Of a DNA stretch of 64,000 nt, positions 55,056-64,000 are shown in pieces. The notes beneath the pieces are model-generated. The model did not search any database and was not told the DNA's origin. It saw only the letters and a program-made list of their open reading frames with translations. Where the stretch lies: assembly GCF_001194135.2 (NCBI RefSeq), contig NC_068990.1, forward strand, positions 9,897,804 through 9,961,803, given 5' to 3'. The position numbers were made by a program, and so were the translations under genes. Source of the DNA: Octopus bimaculoides (lineage: Eukaryota). Each line of letters starts with the position of its first letter. Position 1 is the first letter of the stretch.

Positions 55056-56262
55056 AAGGGCCTTAGAATAATAGTGAGAACCCCCCCAAAAAAAAGAAAA
55101 CAAACAAAAGAAGACGGATGCGCAAACAACAAAAAGTTGCATTAGTTTAACGCTGAGGAAGTGAACAGTCTTTTACGTTTCGATCCTATGCTCTTTAGTT
55201 AAAACAGTCATCAGTTCTTGTAGTAATGATGGTGGAGGATATCGACGTCTTACATGTTTTTCTAAAATGCACCATAAGTGTTCCATAATATTGAGAGCTG
55301 GGGGCTGTGGTGGCCAGATATCATATTCAACTTCACTAGAATGTGTCATTCAGTAACCACTTCACCTGTGTCAACTTGTACATTATCACCCTGAAAGATT
55401 GCGTTTCCCTCTGGAAACAGTTCTGCAGCTACAGGATGAATTTAATCAGATAAAATTCATAAATAGCCTTAACTATTAATTCTGCCATAAATGGACACCA
55501 TTAGGCCGGCGGATATCTAACATATAACCTTCCCACCAGATCATCATATATCCTCCTCTACGCTTAACAGCTGGAAGAAGGTATTCTGAGTCAAATGCTT
55601 CTTATGGCTGTCTCCTCAAGTATACTCGGAAATAAAGTAAAGGATGACTCATCCGAGAAAATAACCTTCTTCTACTGCTCTAGAGACCATACTAAACGCT
55701 TTGTAACGCTTGTTTTTGAAAGTAGTTGTTTTCTGATTGTAGCCCTCCCGTGAAATCCGGCTTTGTGCAGCTCCCAGTGAATAGTTTTCGTGGAAACTGA
55801 GTTCTCGGGGTGGTCATTATGCTCTGCAGTAACTTTGGGAGCTGTACTTTTGTGATCCTTTCTAACAATTCACGTAAGAGTCCAGCGGTCCCTATCTGAA
55901 AGTTTTTTTTTCCGGAGTTATGTTTCCACAAGGTTTTTCCCTCTTTCTCCAAGGCTGTCATTAGTTTCGAGGCAGTACTTCTTCATACACCAAACATTTC
56001 AGCTGGTTTCGTTACGCGAGCGCCTACCATACTAGCAACAACAATTGACGTCTTTGAAAGTCCGATAGATCTGCCATTTTATCAATAATATTTTTCTTAT
56101 GATATCTGAAAAGAAGCATCAATTTTAGCAAAACATATTATGCAACACTAACAATTAATAAAAAAAAAACATAAAAATAAACAAGTTTTTGACGGTTATA
56201 TAGTTATTTCAAAATTATGATGCTATTATGCTAGGTGGTTCCATTATTTTGTCCAAGCCCTG
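55056..56262 (-). mobile_element. Near full-length decayed Tc1 (DD34E-type) transposon
   Basis: Minus strand gives MADLSDFQR, LSDRDRWTL, HKAGFHGRATIRK, VIFSDESSFTLF, AIFQGDN and WPPQPPALNIMEHLWCILEK. The TIR CAGGGCTTGGACAAAATAATGGAACC starts at 56262 next to TA. A degenerate partner lies near 55056. Confidence 0.88.
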
Positions 56263-56311
56263 TATGTGTGTGTGTGTGTATATTGATATATATATATATA
56301 TTTGTATATAA

Positions 56312-56409
<98 letters not shown>

Positions 56410-56951
56410 CTTTACATACAGTTGATGAGTTTATAGAGTACCATGGAGACATATTTAATGCAGAGTCTCTTAATCTCTTTGTAGTATCCATGTACATATG
56501 TTACACAATGGCTTATAAGCCGATATCTGCTTTTCAGCAAATACAGACTGTGTAGTATTTTATTTGAAGAATATCAGAGATGAAACAAAAATACTTTGTT
56601 TTATGTGTAACTGTATTTCTCTTACGGAAGTTATCCAACTACGTGTAACAATGAATTGAACCATGGATGCAGAATCATATATATGTAGATTGTTTGCATT
56701 TGTCCATATAATATCCAGTAGTGTGGTTAATACTTGGATGATATGCTTGCTAGGGTCGGCATTATTGAATAGTTATTTGTTATAGACTTAAACAATGAAA
56801 CACATGATTAGATTTTTATTTATTATTTTGAAATTTAAAAAAAAATTCTTATGTATACATTCAAATTGATAAGAACTAAAATAGGGTCAGGAAACAAATA
56901 TAAAAACTATCAAGTGTAGCAAAAACTTTCAAAGTAAAGCTTATACTCATG

Positions 56952-56982
<31 letters not shown>

Positions 56983-56983
56983 A

Positions 56984-57024
<41 letters not shown>

Positions 57025-59324
57025 CTCTGTCTATCTACCTCTATGTGTATATGACTCAACATGAACAGAAATGAAAGTCATATTTCAGTGGCTATTGCGT
57101 TACAATTTTTTTTTTTTTTCGAAAGGTAACCCGCAAATATAACTCAGACAAGATATGAATTCAATAAAACTTGTGCTGTGTAAGGTAGCTATTAGTTTTT
57201 CATATTCCAAAATGCAGTGGAGTATTTTTACATATACGTTTTTGAAAATATATTTGCCACTCGATCATTCACTATAACACGGAACTTACAATCGTTACTG
57301 TAATAATAAGGTAAAGAACCAAGAAAAACAAAAGAAAGTAAGGCTTTATTGGTGTACTCAGGTATTTAGACACCAATGCTTTCCAGGGTCTGCTGAGTGG
57401 AATGCCGTTGAAAATACAATCATCAATTAAACTGGCATTGTGGCAATTATGCAATCACTGCTCCACTGAGAGTGTAAGGGTTTCTGCTAGAGTTAAGAAG
57501 TATCTTTGAAGAGAATAAATGCTCTAGCAGCAACGCTTTAGAGGTTCCGTTTTAATGGCTTTTACTGGCGTTGTCCTGGAAATAGAAATTAGATTGAAAT
57601 GCAATGATGATAGTACAGCTGACAGTTTCGGTTTCACGTACGAATAATTATAGTTATTAACATATACGGTGTTAAGATCCATGATGTTTGATCCCTAATC
57701 AATTATCATTGAAAGCTGATGTATCATAGTTTGTATCAAAAGTTCAAATCTTACAATCGGAAAGCCATAATCAAAGTTTTGTTTGTACATGCTGGTGATG
57801 AATGAGAAAACCCCTTTGTGTTTATGAAGCGTTTCATATATGCAAGTTTTGAAAAAATCCAACGCTATACCTCGCCAGCCATCAACAGCTAACGAGGTAA
57901 TTTTAATTTCGCTTGAAAATCAGAAACTGACAGACCGTTAATAATTACAGTAGTTAATAGTTATACGCAGCAGTGGGCCATGATAATGATGCCTTAATGT
58001 TACGTTTAATAGCAGTTTTCTCACTTTCTAACATTGATTAGTTGGGTGGTATAATGGGCACTAGATAATTAGATATTTGTAATTTCGATACCACAGGTCG
58101 TGAGTACGGTCTGTCGAATTGTTTTCAACACTGGTCTTCTGAGACGCCGATCAATAAGAGCATTAATACCTATCTACGTCTTTCCTTTCTGTTTCTGATA
58201 CCCCCAACATAACTTAAGAGCGGCATTAAACTAACACCTATGATTATTCGTAACCGTTTTCGTGCTTACATTTCTTTAGATATTCCCGGTGTGTAGTAAG
58301 CTGTCAGCGTATTTTAAATGACAAATTAGCTCGAACAGCTTTTATACAGAACTGCAAGCTATTTTGTTGACACAGTATTCATTTGCTTCGAAATTGATTT
58401 GAAATTAATCTCTACATTCAACAAAGCAGCTGAAATTGCACATTGATAATGTACTTGAATGTCACAATGTCCATTTCTGCACATACGCCTGTACATTAGG
58501 AAGGTGATAGATTATGTAATATAATCTACATAACCATGTCCCTTCGAAAGATATAGCATGCCATTTGAGACAAATGAATTAAAAATGCGTTATGTACAAA
58601 AACAAATCATATAAATTCTATAACAGATTTTCTATGAGAATGTCTGACGGAATTCATCTCAATGCAAGTTCAAATCTTTGGTCTATTAAATATTTACAGT
58701 ATGAATTGGCGTTGAACAATCGAATATTTATTCCATGACAGCGTGTTTCACATATCGAAGACTACACCGACGAGAATCTATTTTACAGGAAACTGCTTCA
58801 TTTATATGTTGTTTTTTTTTTCCAAAATAGAGAAAGTAAATAATTACGCAGATATATAAGGGGAAATCCTTATTAAGACACATCATGCTATCTTTAATTT
58901 TCAAAAACTGTTACTTATGATCAGAATTTCCTTTCATCTGCATATATGCACATATGCATGCATATATTTGTCTCTATCGAGACACACACGCATAAACACA
59001 ATTACATATACTCATGCATGACTGTGAATGCAAGCCTGGACACAGACGCTACTGTATATATGTGTATATATCCGCACGTATATATACGTACGCATATACG
59101 AGCACAACAACTATAATATACATATACACATGTAGCTAATTACTATGGACGAAATCTAAAGCTATCGACATTTAAATAACATTTCTTTCATTAGGTGTCA
59201 TTATAGGGGTGTAAGCGTGGGACAAGAATTAAATATGGAAACTCCGCACCTATTCATACACATGCGCCGACATGAGAACCACACATGTACATAAAATGTA
59301 TGTCTCTGTACATATATATGTATA

Positions 59325-59365
<41 letters not shown>

Positions 59366-59432
59366 GTGTGGGTATGTGTGTGTGCGTGAGTGTCTATTTG
59401 CACTTGTCTGTCTCTCTATCAGAGTTTCTCTT

Positions 59433-59474
<42 letters not shown>

Positions 59475-59533
59475 CATANNNNNNNNNNNNNNNNNNNNNN
59501 NNNNNNNNNNNNNNNNNNNNNNNNNNNNNNNNN

Positions 59534-59605
<72 letters not shown>

Positions 59606-59610
<5 letters not shown>

Positions 59611-60050
59611 ACATATAGATAATACAATATGGGACAAGAGCGCAAAACATCCAGACAATTAGGTGATACAAGAAAAGGACAACAAAACATCTATAAAGAC
59701 GATACAAAGAAAACAAGGACAGGTTATTCGGAGTTTCCTTTCATCAGTCGAGATCCAGATTATCTTTGCAATTTCGGCCGGTTATACCCAATATTGCTAC
59801 AATCTGACCACCCCCAAGGAAAAACTAAGGTAAGAGCATTAGATTCCTAGGAAGAAAGCAGTGAATGTATACAAAATCAAGGACACAAAAAAGGGAAAAT
59901 TTTACACAAATACCATAAAAATAATAACAGGACATAACAACATGTGTATTTCGACTAAGGACGAATTAAGTTAAGCTGGTGTGTGTGGAAATAAAGCCTT
60001 ACAACAGGGATACAAGATTTCACAGTCACAGGGAGGAATATACAGATGTG
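59606..60050. repeat. Unclassified interspersed repeat, possibly Penelope-associated
   Basis: Recognised from memory as a common octopus repeat. It is non-coding here and the class is uncertain. Confidence 0.35.
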
Positions 60051-60319
60051 TGTGTATCTGAATATATGTATATAAATGAAAATGTGGAAAAATTAAATGA
60101 AATGTTTTTAAAATATTTCCGTAGTTTTCAAATATAAAGGACACTTTCGTTTTTACTGTCTCTTTTTACTGTGTGTCTTTTTCTTTTACTTTTGTGAACG
60201 CTCTGTAGCAGATCTAAATGAGTATATTTGATAGAGGGATGTGATTTCTTGGTTTTGATTGTTTAAGCAACAGCAGACGAGGAAGGAGACGTCAAAGGAG
60301 AAGAGAAAGAGAAAGAAAG

Positions 60320-60402
60320 ACAAGAAGAAGGAGAAGAAGAAGAAGAAGAAGAAGAAGAAGAAGAAGAAGAAGAAGAAGAAGAAGAAGAAGAAGAAGAAGA
60401 AG
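60320..60402. repeat. (GAA)n tract
   Basis: Directly visible. Confidence 0.95.
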
Positions 60403-61557
60403 GAAATGAAGAGAAAGAATGAGAAAAATGCGGGTGTAGTATGACAGTAATAGGATTTTGATGGAATCCTCTAAAATTGTCAATTGACCTAAAAGTGTCC
60501 TGTTGTGGTAATAATTGTAGAATTAACCTGAATAAATTTATGGGTAGTAACTGTTCTGAATATACCGTTTTAATATTCGTTTGAGCATTAATCTAAGTGG
60601 AAAAAGTCGCAAAGTTCATAATAAAATTAATTTAGCATTTTCTACCTTGTCTTATTTTCCTTATACATATCAATTTATACATATCAACTCGTATGTACTT
60701 TTGAACATTCTACACACACGTAGACACACACACAGGCGCGCGCGCGTAACACCCCACACACACACACATCTTCATATTTTATTTCATTCTTTTCGATCAT
60801 TTTGAATTTGCTGAGAAATTCTTCTGGTCAATACACATGTGGTGAGACGTATAGTGTTTAGCCCTCAGGAAGTAATACTCACTGATTAAGACTGAAGTGT
60901 TTGTTTACAATGGCCAACATTATATGATATGAGTACATCTTAAACTCATTTGCGATTTTCAATCGCGAGTGATATGCTGGCATATTGTAATGTATATATA
61001 CTTGTTGTGTGGGTCTGTGTGTGTGTGCTTATGTGAGTACGTGTTCATGTGTGTGTGTGGTTGTGTGTTGTGCATGAGTGTGTATGTCCGTGTTTACGCG
61101 AGTGTTTGTGAGTTTGTGTGTGTTTCTATGCGGGAGTATGAGTGCAGGTGGGCCTGCCTTCCCTATTGTCATATATACGTGCGTGTGTATCGAGATATCC
61201 ATTTCTGTATACCTGTTCGTTTTTTAGTATTACTACTTATACTTGTTTCCCACTTCCGAACCTCACTGCTAAGGTCATAAATTTTAAGTCACCCACACCA
61301 TACCTCTTTAACCTTTTCATCATTTGACCCCGGACGATTTTCTAGTTACCGATGTAACAAATTTCGTATGTGTATTTGCAAAATTCTTGATCTTTATTAC
61401 CGGCATAACGCCTCTCTAAAGGTTTAATAGTATGTAGCAGATCTTTTCCCTTTAAATTGTCGCAGACTAATGTCGGCGTGTGGGTAAATATATAGTAATC
61501 CATCGGACGAATGTTGGTAACAATGGCCCAGCCAGTACCGGTTGACATACCACCAGC

Positions 61558-61680
61558 TTCTTCTTCTTCTTCTTCTCCTTCTCCTCCTCCTCCTCCTCCT
61601 CCTCCTTCTTCTTCTTCTTCTTCTTCTTCTTCTTCTTCTTCTTCTTCTTCTTCTTCTTCTTCTTCTTCTTCTTCTTCTTC
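61558..61680. repeat. (TTC/TCC)n tract running into an N gap
   Basis: Directly visible. Confidence 0.95.
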
Positions 61681-64000
61681 NNNNNNNNNNNNNNNNNNNN
61701 NNNNNNNNNNNNNNNNNNNNNNNNNNNNNNNNNNNNNNNNNNNNNNNNNNNNNNNNNNNNNNNNNNNNNNNNNNNNNNNNNNNNNNNNNNNNNNNNNNNN
61801 NNNNNNNNNNNNNNNNNNNNNNNNNNNNNNNNNNNNNNNNNNNNNNNNNNNNNNNNNNNNNNNNNNNNNNNNNNNNNNNNNNNNNNNNNNNNNNNNNNNN
61901 NNNNNNNNNNNNNNNNNNNNNNNNNNNNNNNNNNNNNNNNNNNNNNNNNNNNNNNNNNNNNNNNNNNNNNNNNNNNNNNNNNNNNNNNNNNNNNNNNNNN
62001 NNNNNNNNNNNNNNNNNNNNNNNNNNNNNNNNNNNNNNNNNNNNNNNNNNNNNNNNNNNNNNNNNNNNNNNNNNNNNNNNNNNNNNNNNNNNNNNNNNNN
62101 NNNNNNNNNNNNNNNNNNNNNNNNNNNNNNNNNNNNNNNNNNNNNNNNNNNNNNNNNNNNNNNNNNNNNNNNNNNNNNNNNNNNNNNNNNNNNNNNNNNN
62201 NNNNNNNNNNNNNNNNNNNNNNNNNNNNNNNNNNNNNNNNNNNNNNNNNNNNNNNNNNNNNNNNNNNNNNNNNNNNNNNNNNNNNNNNNNNNNNNNNNNN
62301 NNNNNNNNNNNNNNNNNNNNNNNNNNNNNNNNNNNNNNNNNNNNNNNNNNNNNNNNNNNNNNNNNNNNNNNNNNNNNNNNNNNNNNNNNNNNNNNNNNNN
62401 NNNNNNNNNNNNNNNNNNNNNNNNNNNNNNNNNNNNNNNNNNNNNNNNNNNNNNNNNNNATATGTGTATATTATATCAAACACAAATTGAAATACGGAGA
62501 CACACATGCACACAAACACTCACACGCACATGCAAACACCACACACACACACATGTATGTATATATGCATATATATGTAAAGGTATGATCCAAGGATTAT
62601 AACGTACGAACTTAGAGAGTTTCAATCAATCCGTACAAGATATAAGTATCAACTTTCCTGAGAAATAGTGGTTTATTAGCGCAGAATGTTGCGCATTTTC
62701 CCCATTTCGAAGTATTCTAAGCTAAAAAAAAATAATTTGTAGTTCACTGTTAGCAACAAGGGTTGGTGTATATGCGAATACAAACATTAGGGAATGGAGC
62801 AGATAACACCCAAGCTACAAATGTTTCATAGATACGGGAACTTCGGAAGAAGTAAATTATCTAACCGAAGGGTAAACTTCACGCTACTCTTAATATCTTA
62901 ACGATTTTTCCATACGAAAAGCATTTCTCTATGTGATTGGCTTGAAAAATGTGTTAAGATATTAATATATGTTATTATTATGAAACAAAGCGCAATTTTA
63001 TCCACCAATGTGGTGTTAAGCACTCATTAGTGAAAAGTGTCCTACATTATAATACATAGTAAAGATAAGCATCCTAATAATTGTAGGATCTCTTTCCGCT
63101 ATCGTCATACATTTTTTAATCGTCTGTCATTAATTTGAATATACTATTTCATACAATGGTAAATGCACCTTACCAATTATCGCATAGATGTTTTGTTGAT
63201 GGGAACTTTGAGAGCAAAATTCTGTTAGACAGCAAACAAATGTTCGTCATTTCATTCAACTGCCGTAGATTATAACACATATACACTGTTCTCATTTCTT
63301 AGATTTGGTGAAACATACAATATCACGTTGTGCTTATGGTTTTGAAGCTTAAAATAACCATTAGGCATGTTTACTGAATTAAATCTGTAAACATTCGGAA
63401 GATTATTTCGCTATATTGTATCAGAATAGTCATTGATAGTTCCTATGGTCCCAAATACAGAAATGCTTTGGTTCAGAACCATGCTAACGTTCGGTATTTA
63501 TTGTGTGAGACAATATAAACTTACTTTATACTTGATTATTACGCAGTTACAAAGTTCATTAAAAAGTGTAGAACAGTTAAACTAAATTGTTGAAGATAAT
63601 ATATTATATTTAGTTGGTGTAGTGAATGCATGGATTTCATTTATGGTTATTTATTTCAGGTAGTTACAATAGTCAGGCAAAACATGAATACTACTTTATA
63701 TGTCCCTTCGCACACAGTTGAAAATCATTTTGTAAGGAATTAATTTACAAGACAAAGTGATTTTCTCGAAAACAAATATTGCAAATTCTGAGGCAATGCG
63801 TGAGAATCATTCGGTGTAATTTCTTTACGTGTAAAATTATATGTGAACGTGGAATTCTTTAAGTCTAAAAACTTAAAGAATTCAGCGATCACATTAATCT
63901 CCCACTGGACGTATGATTTCTACACAACCATATTATATATGCATCTGAAGACACCGACATCTAAAATGTTAAAACGGAATTGAGAAAAATCAAGAATATA

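Noticed and set aside
55175-55220. Minus-strand CTGATGA...GAAACGTA
   Set aside because: It lies inside the Tc1 transposase C-terminus with no stem I or II pairing, so it is probably coincidental.
59715-59760. Minus-strand CTGATGA-AAGGAAACTCC-GAAT-AACCTGTC, resembling a hammerhead core
   Set aside because: It has GAAT instead of GAAA and no pairing for stem III or stem I. At most it is a heavily decayed relic.

Overview
AT-rich, microsatellite-dense animal genomic DNA from a gapped draft assembly with many N runs. The SINE families resemble those I recall from octopus genomes, so a cephalopod origin is inferred, not proven. I found no host protein-coding gene that I can identify. Most ORF-track entries are microsatellite or N-gap artefacts, or decayed transposon frames. 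Supported content: about 15 tRNA-derived SINE copies, one near full-length mariner (11820-13080), one near full-length Tc1 (about 55056-56262), a truncated maT/DD37D-like Tc1/mariner, other mariner pieces, R4/Dong-like LINE fragments and several minisatellites. The most interesting signal is at 43.3-43.9 kb. It is a foldable type I hammerhead ribozyme (43708-43770, +) with a non-canonical GUG cleavage triplet. An inverted, core-mutated second copy (87/108 nt identical) lies next to it, and a third minimal hammerhead-like core sits in the spacer. This locus lies in a cluster of inverted repeats that also includes a near-perfect hairpin with about 90-bp arms at 44073-44285.
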